A stretch of DNA of 64,000 bases from Iphione sp. A-MEVVRFRX5. Its lineage: Eukaryota. The notes under the pieces are model-generated. The model was not told where the DNA came from and made no database searches. It saw only the letters and a program-made list of their open reading frames with translations. Positions 54,301 through 63,254 of this stretch are shown here, piece by piece. Both the position numbers and the translations under genes were made by a program. Position 1 is the stretch's first letter; each line of letters opens with the position of its first letter. The DNA is taken from the NCBI GenBank assembly GCA_976226885.1, contig OZ320320.1, positions 29,264,001 through 29,328,000 of the forward strand. Reading direction: 5' to 3'.

Positions 54301-54322
54301 CACCTACTACATCAGTTATTAA
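27302..54322 (+). CDS. Uncharacterised multi-exon gene; low-complexity R/Y/P/S-rich protein. Reference model join(27302..27391, 31080..31155, 32717..32862, 34545..35351, 36396..36584, 38736..38921, 40405..40500, 42343..42353, 45415..46660, 49388..49477, 50530..50732, 52332..52455, 53876..53980) = 3369 nt, 1122 aa; alternative last exon 54177..54322
   Basis: Thirteen mostly GC-rich islands, each with AG/GT boundaries, chain with matching phases into one open frame. Composition is consistent across exons and RxxSxP motifs recur. No recognisable globular domain. Confidence 0.75.
27493..27502 (+). promoter_or_regulatory. CArG (SRF) box CCTATTAAGG about 100 bp into the first intron of the orphan gene
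   Basis: Perfect CC(A/T)6GG; several such sites are expected by chance in this window. Confidence 0.25.
27986..27995 (+). promoter_or_regulatory. Canonical MEF2 site CTAAAAATAG between candidate first exons of the orphan gene
   Basis: Perfect match, but a chance occurrence in 64 kb of AT-rich DNA is not unlikely. Confidence 0.3.
29746..29977 (+). CDS. Orphan gene, candidate alternative start B: join(29746..29749, 29937..29977) = MAPDPWEPKKKPKPE
   Basis: ATG G|gtgagg, a 187-nt intron, then tag|CC and GAG|gtaagt. Ends in phase 0, compatible with exon 31080. Confidence 0.55.
31080..31155 (+). CDS. Orphan gene exon SCCNDPSDKMVYFATRRCRSVPPTV (not in the ORF track)
   Basis: tatttcag| ... G|gtaaga, phase 0 to 1; contains RCRSVP. 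Confidence 0.75.
31300..31705. repeat. Degenerate TG/TA-rich simple-repeat tract
   Basis: About 400 bp of gtgtatatg/gtatgt variants. Confidence 0.85.
32159..32490. mobile_element. Older, inverted copy of the same MITE family as 58418..58742
   Basis: Both ends align in opposite orientation (GGCC.AAAAAA..TGTTTC.G.TAACAT...GAAAAA.TAGAGG.TCG; GACCCGAC.GACCCT). The TSD is degenerate. Confidence 0.6.
32717..32862 (+). CDS. Orphan gene exon VEVNYDYGIG...LLRDISSRM
   Basis: atttcag|TC ... ATG|gtaaga, phase 1 to 0; GC-rich island. Confidence 0.82.
34545..35351 (+). CDS. Orphan gene exon, 269 codons (YRLDYDNVKV...RAQSLPAR...SAGVQE)
   Basis: Within the 302-aa ORF 34500..35408; acag|TAT and GAG|gtaaag; strong GC3 bias. 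Confidence 0.88.
35460..35522. repeat. (CAC/CAA/CAT)n trinucleotide repeat
   Basis: Directly visible. Confidence 0.8.
36396..36584 (+). CDS. Orphan gene exon ETSSYTQPAW...RRASSVPP...YRYEE
   Basis: tctcacag|GAA ... GAG|gtacca (weaker donor), phase 0-0. Confidence 0.8.
38650..38696. repeat. (CCTT)n microsatellite just upstream of the acceptor at 38735
   Basis: Directly visible. Confidence 0.9.
38736..38921 (+). CDS. Orphan gene exon KDWMPYYHK...RRAGSEPP...LSRLE
   Basis: ctccag|AAG ... GAG|gtaggg, phase 0-0. Confidence 0.82.
40360..40500 (+). CDS. Orphan gene exon; either internal (acceptor before 40405, RELKSGLEDPYYDVEDYF...SDLG) or an alternative first exon from ATG 40360; in-frame alternative donor after 40530
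   Basis: ctcttgcag|CGG, GGG|gtgagt and CCC|gtaagt. In-frame stop upstream of ATG 40360. Confidence 0.75.
42343..42353 (+). CDS. Candidate 11-nt micro-exon (ATT CAC CCG GG) of the orphan gene
   Basis: gtttttatccccag|ATTCACCCGGG|gtgagt. It provides exactly the phase 0 to 2 bridge needed between 40500 and 45415. Confidence 0.55.
44744..45137 (+). CDS. Candidate alternative or degenerate exon of the orphan gene (RRKAQSEDVYASGRK...SASLH*)
   Basis: Phase-2 acceptor tcgcag|A, GC-rich, 130 open codons. The reading frame and donor are ambiguous. Confidence 0.4.
45415..46660 (+). CDS. Orphan gene largest exon (1246 nt; RSYSLP and RRHSLP motifs)
   Basis: Within the 462-aa ORF 45389..46777; ttttcgtcccgcag|A and CAG|gtaaat. 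Confidence 0.88.
49388..49477 (+). CDS. Orphan gene exon AYEHSVPTYSVTHVPRSPTVPRRSRAAAIE
   Basis: tttttctccaccag|GCG ... GAG|gtgagt, phase 0-0. Confidence 0.85.
50530..50732 (+). CDS. Orphan gene exon ARLEAMTIPD...KYDELAARYT(R)
   Basis: gctgaag|GCA ... CG|gtaaat (phase 2). An alternative phase-2 donor lies after 50723. Confidence 0.83.
52332..52455 (+). CDS. Orphan gene exon (R)MPELQRYKGRPSPAPAPKVTPYRPAPASTRRSSLPPSEPSR; 124 nt (3n+1)
   Basis: ctcttgtaccgtctag|A ... AGG|gtaagc, phase 2 to 0; this frame is not in the ORF track. Confidence 0.78.
53876..54006 (+). CDS. Orphan gene 3' exon; frame 0 ends AAPQRPQRPPMSDARKRAREVLCKTRKDPEYFTY* (stop 53980); the +1 frame is open to the donor at 54007
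   Basis: cttttggcag|GCG acceptor and CG|gtgagt donor. Confidence 0.8.
54177..54322 (+). CDS. Orphan gene last exon; coding as (E)AWWSPAGFITSSLRSRIPSYMIRDDMVPIRRYWKRYTGAPTTYYISY* in one isoform, 3' UTR in the other
   Basis: Long pyrimidine tract plus cag| acceptor; 48 open codons with the same R/Y/P composition as the other exons. Confidence 0.65.
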
Positions 54323-56782
54323 ACAGCACAACGCCATGACGTCAGCCAGGCCCGAGGTGCGACGTCATGAGTATTGACGGCCCGGAAACACGTCAGCGTA
54401 TTTAAGATCTCCACCCACCATTTACACAAAAAAAGCTAAGAAGTAACCCCCCTTCAGCCATGTCCTACCAAGCCCCTTGTTAAATTTTGTTGTACGCGAG
54501 GATGGGATCTCGACGTGACCGTTAGGTCTGGTGATGCGTTGATAGATGGATAGTGACCTGGAAGAGTGACACGATGGGAAACAAGCAGCCCCATCTCCCG
54601 CAATTGTTTACACCAGTGGCAGGACGAATTATGTTATTCCCGTTATTGGCTCAAAATATAAAGGCTTGAGTATGCGAGGGCCCAGCCAAGATTAGACACA
54701 TGGACCGTTAATGAGAGGAGAGGTCTTCAAATGATGATGGACAATTTCTTTCTTATTCGACAAGCTTTCGGAGGATTCCTTTCATGGAAATTAGGCCAGA
54801 TATGTGTATTGATATAAGGTTGCCGCCACATTCGCGTTGTCTCTCCCTATTTCTTTTTTTTTCAAATGGAAGACTACTCGACTTGCGGCGAAGCAACGAT
54901 AGCTCGTAGAGTAACAACGATTACAAACTAGTCATGACGAAGAAATGTATGCACCTGACAAGACGAGATTATTTGTGTATAGTATTTTGTGGCGCCTTAT
55001 GTGATGCTTGCAGCGCCAATGGCTGAGTGATTGCCTCGAATGCCTTCAATTAGGTGCACATTGTGGCAAAGGTAGGGCTTCTGCTTCCAACGTTAAAACG
55101 GCTCTTAACCTGTGCAAGACGCATCCCTGGGAGGTATTTCTACAAAAAAGAAAAGCGGCAGGTGAATGGTCCCATGTCGTCCCCGTTCCCCAAATGGAAT
55201 AAGTGGCGTTTTCCATCGAATATATATGAAAAACAAGCAATTCAAAGCCTCAGACGAGAAAGGAAATCACGAGCGAGGAGTAGGTCGGACACTGAAATAC
55301 TGAAAGAGCTTTGTTCATGTTAGTTACGCTGACTTTTACTAAAGAGCTGGTCCTGCCCTTATAACTGCCCCATATAAGGGTGCCATCACCTCTTGGTTAT
55401 TAGTCATGGTGAAAATCTGGGTACAGGAAGTCGTTCCGCCGTATAATATGCTCTGTGTATTCATCATCGCCCAACGACAACAATGGAAGACAGTGCGTCG
55501 CCAAAAAAGGCAGTGTTGTACAAACACGTTTGCTCCCTTGACCCACCGACTGTATGCTGCTCGTTTGCATTAATTGGTTCATGTGCTTTTTCTACTTATC
55601 TGTGTATTCGAATGAAGAAAAAGATGTTATCACACTGCGCTAGTTCCATATGAGTCAACCAACATGCGCTCACCATTAGCAGAGAGTACGTCATGTGCGC
55701 CAGGCAGGTGATTCCCAAACACCATGCAACCGTGTACTGCGTGTAGAGGAGAACCATCGCACCACCAACATCATCCACACGTTTCACGAGTAGTACCACT
55801 TTTATTACACGGTACTATCCACTGCAAAGCTGTAACCAGCTCGAAGTCACTGCCTTTAAAGAGAATAAATTTAGACTGACAGATCGAGATGTTTGGATGT
55901 TGTCTTCCTTGAGTTCTTTTACCAACGTCACCAGCTATATATAATCTATCGCACATATATATATGTACATGGGTTTCCAATATAAGTTTCGAAGAATGTA
56001 AAGACAAAGAGGAAAGCAATGTAAATAATGTTCTCAATTTATTGTCTCTCTTTCCATTTACATGATTGGTAGGGCGACGAGGAATATGCAAAAGCAAATA
56101 CATTCATATAAAAGCAACCGTTTTATTCTTTTGGCCATACTGCTGATAACATTTGTATATTACATATAATTATATATGCAACCTAAATTGCTGAAATCTG
56201 GCAGACATCATGAAACACTCTGATCGTAAAAAAACATTCATATATTATCTTAGGAATAGTAGCATGCTTCTGGCCCAGTGCTCATGAGTAACGGACAACT
56301 CTTCCACGCTCTATGTTATTTCTAAAAGATTACGGTCGCAAACGTTAAAGAAGCACCAGTGACACTAACATTGTAGTCATATAAACGCACACATGATATA
56401 AGCAAGAGATACATCTCAGTGGGATGGCACAAACATTAGCATTGGGCAGCCCAATAGATTCCAGTAATATACATATCATTTCAAATAAGCAACGAAAGAA
56501 GTCTCAGGACAATTAATGAAATGTTCATGTAAACACTCGTGCGTGAAACAATAACATGGCAACCTTTCCAATTTCCTGCGAAGAACACGGTTAATGAAAT
56601 GTTCTGACATGTTTGAAAAAAAACTCTAGAGCTTACCAAATGGCACTTATGTTGGTGTTAATGTTGGGATGGGGAACATACCTGTATGAAATGTAATATT
56701 TACAGTAATTTGGATAGAACTGTGATGACGGTATTTCAAATGAAAAAAAAAATGCTACGTGATGAAAATGGGGTCAGTCGGG

Positions 56783-57807
56783 CTAGAACTTTGTGACGAT
56801 GCTTGGTGCTGGATACGCCATCTGTGAACTTTGTTGAGGCATATCGTGCTCAAAAGCAGGGTTGATATACTCGCCATTTTGCATGCTACTGGCAAAGTCA
56901 TTAGAACGACCAGACACCGTGGTCACTTCTGTTAAGCCGCCATTTTTGGCTACCATGGACAATGCCTTGTCTCTCTCGGTGCCCGGTCGGTAGCAGATGT
57001 TATCGCAGCATTTGCAGAAGAAACAGGCTCCAAACATCCTGTCGAGAGGTGCAAGCGAACGCAGTGGCTCGGGAAGCCACATCCACGTCCGCAGTGTCTC
57101 CGGAAGCATCTGCGGTCGTTTCTTTTGCAGAATGTTGACAATGATAACGAAAATAATTATTAGCACTACGGGTATGCCAACCGCTGCCAGGACGTACCAC
57201 CCAATCACGGAGAGTGCGAAGACAATGGCGGGAAGCGCGAAGAATATTAAGATGATATAGAATATAGCAAACCATCTGTAATCGGCTGTTATGTTACCCA
57301 GGCCCTTAGCCAACTTGATCGGAACTTTCCTCATGAATGGGACCGGATACCATAAGATGATGCCGACGAGATTGAAGAAGAGATGACACATAGCAATCTG
57401 CATGCTATTCCTGAAGCTGTCGCCTGATGTGGCGAGAGCAGCCAGCACGCTGGTGCAGGTAGTACCGATGTTAGAGCCAAGAGTGAGGGGGTACATGCGT
57501 TCCAGGCTCACCATACCTATACCCACAAGTGGTGTGAGTGTGGAGGTAAAAATCGAGCTGCTCTGGACAAGGATTGTCATTCCAGCACCGATCAGTATGG
57601 CGACGTAACCCGTCAACCAGGACAGGTAGCCTGGAAAGTTGGCATTGATAACCTTCTTGATGACGAGTGCCACCTTGCCCTTAAGCATGGCCTGAAGAAG
57701 CTTGACGATGAGGAGAAGGCACATGGTCAGGATGAGAAGCGAGAAGACCAGGAGGACTCCGCCGATGACAGCGTCGGGCCAGTCGACTTGGGAAAATAGA
57801 GCCTGGC
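56783..57807 (-). CDS. SLC34A: SLC34A coding exon 7 (1025 nt, entire C-terminal half)
   Basis: tttcaag|GC acceptor; the ORF track 56783..57937 contains the second QSSS repeat, [22 protein letters not shown] and YRWFAIFY. Confidence 0.96.
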
Positions 57808-58025
57808 CTTGAAACGGGAGAATTAAAACGTATGAGTTCCTACATTGCAAGCTAAACAAAAACAAACAACCGTGTCGTCTTATAAACTTTGTAAAGTATG
57901 AAATTCTACTGTACAAAGATGACAGGACATTTCCCAAACGGGGTTTCTACATAAATACTGTCAATGCAAAAACATAGGGCTGAGAGAGAGGGAGAGAGCA
58001 AGATAGGGAAAGAGGTGAGAGAGAG

Positions 58026-58081
<56 letters not shown>

Positions 58082-61000
58082 TCTTCTTCAAAGGAGTTGC
58101 ACCTGGTCTGAAAAAGATTCCTCTTACCTCCTACCAAAATTACATAATTCTGACACGAAAAGATCTCAAAGGGTATTTAACAAAAGTATTCTTATAAAAT
58201 GGCTTTTAGTTGTAAACTTACATCTCTCCTTGGTGACGTTCACCGCTGTAGAATTTTCAGGATTATGACAGACCAATCCCTTGCAAAATCGTTTCACTAC
58301 TGGACATATTGCTTCCCCTTTGGCAGCATCCTCAATTACTTTACTGTCGATCTGAACATGAAATAGAGATCAATCTAGGCGACTGAAAGGCCTTCAGAAG
58401 GAGAAATGCTAGGGTAAGGCCTAAATAAAAAATACATGTGTTTCCGATGACCCGACCGACCCTGGTTCTAGCCAAAAAAGGAATATTTTATTTTGTTTTG
58501 TGAATATCTTTATAATAAAAAGAGATAGAGACACATGCTACACACAATTTTGTCCCTTGAGTCAGAAACTATCATTTGATATAAATTTTAGTAAAATATA
58601 AGCAGTAGAAGTGATATTATCATATAATTAGTGGATTTCAGCATCTGTTAACATAGCAAAAAAAGAAAAATAAAAAAATACCATCTGTTTATCGACCCTC
58701 TAATTTTTCATTATGTTACTGGAAACAGATATTTTTTATGCCTAATCACAATACAGGTCGCAGGTTATTTTATGTTAACTGATATACATGTACATGTTAG
58801 TTATTAGGACAACTGCTCATGGGTACCTGGATAATGAGCTTCGTGAATGGTTCTGTTATGACCTTTAGGAACTTTTGATTGCTCCCCGAGGTTTGATGTG
58901 CATGGTCCATTATTACATCGGTCAATTTTGTCAGGAAACCTAAGAATAGAAGGAACGAAGTTAATCAGCAAATCAATCACTAACGACAGAGCTAAATGGG
59001 GGGACATACGAAATCATACTGTCATATCTCGCAAATCCAGTTTACAAGAGTCGTGCATTTCTGGCGGACCATTGTCCTAATATACAAACATCTTACCAGA
59101 CGTTTTCTTACTGATTGGTCTGCAGATTGGGGTCGTTTCATAAGTCAGAACCGTTATCATTAATTTTTCATGCATTATGATGAAATTCCCATTTTACTAA
59201 TCCAACATAAACCAGTAGGTGACGAACCTGTTTTTGTCAGGGATAGTACATGAGTAACTAACATATTCCTTTTTTCTTAATTTTTTCATATTTCTCCCTT
59301 TTTTCTCACCGGAAGAATTTTTGCATCCTTATCTATGAAAGAAGTGTGAATAAAACATTCAACTGAATTCAATTCAAACACGGGAAGGGTTTTTCTCACC
59401 AGAAGCTACTTCTATCGGTAGAATAACGAGAACGGAGAGCCAGTTGAACATATCGTGCACGGTGGCGCCCGCAAACGCCCGCCGGAATTCATTTTTGCGG
59501 CCAGTGTGGCCCATCGAAACGAGTGTATTGGTGACAGATGTACCAATGTTGGCCCCCATGACGATGTACACTGCTTGGCTGACTTTAAGGACTGAAAGAG
59601 GGAATGTGGCCCATAAGCATTGGAAGTCTTGGCAGATTGGCAACATTAAATTTAGCATCTCAGGAATCAATCTTGTAAGTTGTGCAAGCCCTCCTGGACC
59701 GATAGCTCTGCAAGGGGACATTATAGTGGCCCAGTCTTATATAATTATGTATGTATGGTCCAACTGACAGCAAAGAACGAAGACATATGAAGGGCAATAG
59801 GTACAGCAGAGATAACGTTCCAGATATAGGTCGTAGCGAACTAGGATCTATGATCGCCCTATCCTTGCCTAAATTACGTATCGAGTTTATCTATGTAAAA
59901 AAATCGTTTCAAAGCTCAGGTAGATTAGAGGCTTAGTATATACAGAAGTGTAGAGTAATCTTCGATATCGTCAACTCATACTCACTGCCTGCGGAGACCA
60001 TGGTGACAACGATGGCAGTAGACGTTGAGGAGCTCTGCACCAGAACAGTGACGAGAACACCTATCATCAGGCCACAGATAGGGTTACTCAGGATTTCACT
60101 GTTCGTGAAGATCTGCCCCGCCGCTTTACCTGCAAGCAATCAAGCCACACTCGCCGTTGTTGAAATGGATCCTAGTATAAGGGAAAATCTTTTTTTTTAA
60201 ATTCAGGGTCATCTCACCCTATCAACATATAGTACAGTATTGTTGAGAAATGTGTTAGAATATATACCCATGTATCTAACGTAGTGCAAGAACAAAATGT
60301 AGTGAATGGGGTGGTTCTGCTGTAGTTTCTACCAGTAACTGAGCCACACATAAGCTTAACGAAGCCTTAAGTTTTGGTGATGTAATCTACTGCTTTAACC
60401 CTGGGAAAATTAAGTACATGCAAAGTTACTAACACCAGAACCGCTTGCACCGTAAAGCAGCATAGATGTAGCCTTTGTTGAAATCTTCTATAAATCATGT
60501 TATGTGTCTGGGCAATATCTTTTCCCATTAACTCTTCGCACTTAATCTATTTGAAGTTTACTTCGCGCCACCAAGAGCAAGAGGCCATCATTCACCAATG
60601 GAACGGCAGAAATTCACGTATGTGCTAAGAAAAATATACACTTCTATATCCTATAGGCAAAAGAATGATAATACCCATGTATTACGTAGTAGGGTGACGG
60701 CGTGCACATATCATCGTGTGCCGCCCGCTATCAGGTTTGTTCATTCCATGCAGTATGCTCGAAAGGGACAGGTTGATGTGGGGATAATCGAGCACACATG
60801 CACATGCCATAGATTACCTCAGTGAGCTCGTGCCGCAGGTACATCCCCAAGCCTTATCAAAAAGAGTACACGTGTGTCCTCCATGATAGTATACAGGTCA
60901 CTTACATATATATGTATGTTTCCTTTGCATCGCTATCGTCTATGTTCAAATCAAAACCACCAAATATGTATAGTAGAAATACCCTTGTTGCCTCTCATTG

Positions 61001-62459
61001 TAATACTCATATCATTCATAGGACCTCGTATTAGGGACCAGAAACGGACTTCCGGACCTAGCCAATCATACTTGGGGAACGGACCTGCGTCCCAGGCTAA
61101 TTGTTTGTTCTGCTGTTAAAATACCACACAACCTCATAAGTTTCTACGAGAGTACATCGAGGCTTCTATTTCCTTGAGAACGTAAAGCGTTTGTATGAAC
61201 TTCTGCTAAATTCATTACTCGCTGTAGTGTCACTAAGCTATGTTTTCGTTTATCTTAGGGATGAATAGAGATGTACTTATGTATAAGATGAATTCTTGTA
61301 GTGACTGGGAAGAATGGTTGTAACCAATAACAGCGTCCAATCCTCGTCATTAAGGTGATGAGGTTATCAAATTTATCAACTCAATGTAAAGATTAGTGAA
61401 TACACGTTGGGGAAGGTGCATTTCCCAACCCTACTACATTTCAAAAGCGATCGTCTTTACTGAAAACAAAGAAAAGAACATTTTGTGTAAGATGTGAAAG
61501 CCATGCTTACCACCAAGAGCTTTGAATGCCGAACTCAGAAGATCGATGGAGCAAATGAACATGTAGAGGAGGCCCAGTAGAAGAACGAAACGTCCGATAT
61601 ATTCCCATAACACGCGTTTAAACTTGCCGGCCGTCGACAGTTCTAATATTGAATAATTGAAAAAAATTATTGGACAATGAAAAATGGGGAAATGTTGACA
61701 AGAAGGAGCACAGGCCCCAGTTACGTGTGTAGGTATGAATCTAATAGATACGAAAAATGTTTCATTGAAACATGACTTCGATGGCTACATCTATGACAGA
61801 CAATAGACAGTCTACAAACGCATAGGCTACCTGCAATCATTTCAAACTAAGTTTCCCGATAACGGCAGAGTGGAACATGTTCTTTCTTTATTTACATACT
61901 CGTTGCGGTCCAAGGAGGGGTATGTTTGTAGACATCTGGTGTTAGTAGGTTGTGTGTATTTAAACCGGTTTTGTCGAAAGGATACGTGCTGGCGGAGCCA
62001 TTACTAACACTATGGTAAATACACTAGTGTACTTTGGGAGGGGTGGGAGTTTTTCTGACATAAAAACTCAATGAAGACCTAATACTGACCAAACAACAGT
62101 TGTTTTCGAGCAATTTGTTTGAGCGAGTATTCTACATACAAACTAATTCAATGCTCTATCTGTTTGGAGGAAACCGTGTAAATGAATATTCTGCATGGGT
62201 TCAATAAATGGCCTTGCACAAAATTGCTTTTTAGCAACAAAACTACTGTTGCCAGCCCCATGTTTCCTAAATAATTATAGGTATGTCTGTAAGATTGATG
62301 TGTGGCACATATACTGAACCTACCGCTCCAAGATTTTTGGGGAATGATGGTTTCAGTCAAGGCCCAGGGGTCCTCCTCTTCCTCCTCCTCCATCTTCTCG
62401 TTCACGACAGGGTAGGGAGGAACGGCCATCTTATCAGCGTATTGACTCTCGGAACCCAT
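56783..62459 (-). CDS. SLC34A: Type II sodium-dependent phosphate cotransporter (SLC34A/NaPi-II family), complete spliced CDS join(62459..62324, 61642..61511, 60129..59986, 59591..59400, 58939..58827, 58351..58222, 57807..56783), 1872 nt = 623 aa + stop
   Basis: All introns are GT-AG with matching phases and the joined frame is open. Family hallmarks are present: [25 protein letters not shown], two inverted repeats [18 protein letters not shown] and [33 protein letters not shown], a Cys/N-glycan extracellular loop (NST, NVT), a C-terminal Cys string ([11 protein letters not shown]) and a PDZ-type end TKF. Paralogue number cannot be assigned. Confidence 0.96.
57982..58078. repeat. (GA)n microsatellite in SLC34A intron 6
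   Basis: About 25 pure GA units at 58029-58078. Confidence 0.95.
58222..58351 (-). CDS. SLC34A: SLC34A coding exon 6 (extracellular loop)
   Basis: cag|ATC...AGA T|gtaagt; [43 protein letters not shown]. Confidence 0.9.
58418..58742. mobile_element. About 325-bp MITE with TAA TSD and GGC..GCC termini (PIF-Harbinger or Zator type)
   Basis: TAA|GGCCTAAATAAAAAATACATGTGTTTCC ... GGAAACAGATATTTTTTATGCC|TAA; lies in SLC34A intron 5. Confidence 0.72.
58827..58939 (-). CDS. SLC34A: SLC34A coding exon 5
   Basis: tag|GT...CAG|gtaccc; [38 protein letters not shown] matches the LKVITxPFTKLI motif. Confidence 0.92.
59400..59591 (-). CDS. SLC34A: SLC34A coding exon 4
   Basis: cag|TC...TCT G|gtgaga; [23 protein letters not shown]...[26 protein letters not shown]. 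Confidence 0.95.
59986..60129 (-). CDS. SLC34A: SLC34A coding exon 3 (first QSSS repeat)
   Basis: cag|GT...GGC A|gtgagt; [48 protein letters not shown]. Confidence 0.95.
61511..61642 (-). CDS. SLC34A: SLC34A coding exon 2 (TM1; not in the ORF track)
   Basis: tag|AA...GGT G|gtaagc; translates [44 protein letters not shown]. Confidence 0.93.
62324..62459 (-). CDS. SLC34A: SLC34A coding exon 1 ([10 protein letters not shown]...[20 protein letters not shown])
   Basis: Acceptor atttcag|GA-ATG and donor G|gtaggt. EDPW is the typical SLC34 N-terminal motif. Confidence 0.88.
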
Positions 62460-62772
62460 TCCTGAAATCTGTGTTGATCCACAAACAAAACAAAAATCAA
62501 CGTAGGCATAACAACACAGCATCATACATTCTTTATCACTGACTCTGTCAAGGTGGATCAGACACATTGTAAGACAGCGGCAGACTTCCATCTCCTACCT
62601 TTCTATTCAACAAGTATTCACTGCATGGCTATACTATAGATTGGACTGGATAAATTTAAGATTTACAGTTCACAGTTAAGGTATTCCATTAAAATAGGAC
62701 TGTATATCCGGCCCACTCAGTGTCGTGTTCGAGCACCCTAAAGACAGCTGTGTTATCGGTTGGCGCACCTAT

Positions 62773-62903
62773 NNNNNNNNNNNNNNNNNNNNNNNNNNNN
62801 NNNNNNNNNNNNNNNNNNNNNNNNNNNNNNNNNNNNNNNNNNNNNNNNNNNNNNNNNNNNNNNNNNNNNNNNNNNNNNNNNNNNNNNNNNNNNNNNNNNN
62901 NNN
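62773..62903. other. Assembly gap (131 N) in the SLC34A first intron
   Basis: Run of N. Confidence 0.99.
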
Positions 62904-63254
62904 TTTTAGGTGGTGGCGCTAGGGGTGTGGGCAGGAAACGTTGGGCTGAATAGACGAAGCGAGATTAGGCGATTGACATTAAGGTGAGGACATTCACAAT
63001 GCTAAAGGTGAGACAATGTAACATAAAATGGCTAGCTTCCTAAACTGTTGTCTTAAAACTGCAAATCACTGAGACAGATCGAGAGAGTGCGCAGTCGGAT
63101 ATTGACACTCAGGAGCTATTGGGGAGAACTGGGTAAATACAGGTAAGGAAGAGATGAGGATGATGCGCATTAAAGAAAACCTAGTGCATCTTCTTATTTG
63201 AAGTGTCCCACCTTCTTACATGTTAAAGTAATTAAATTAGAAAATACTCCTTAC

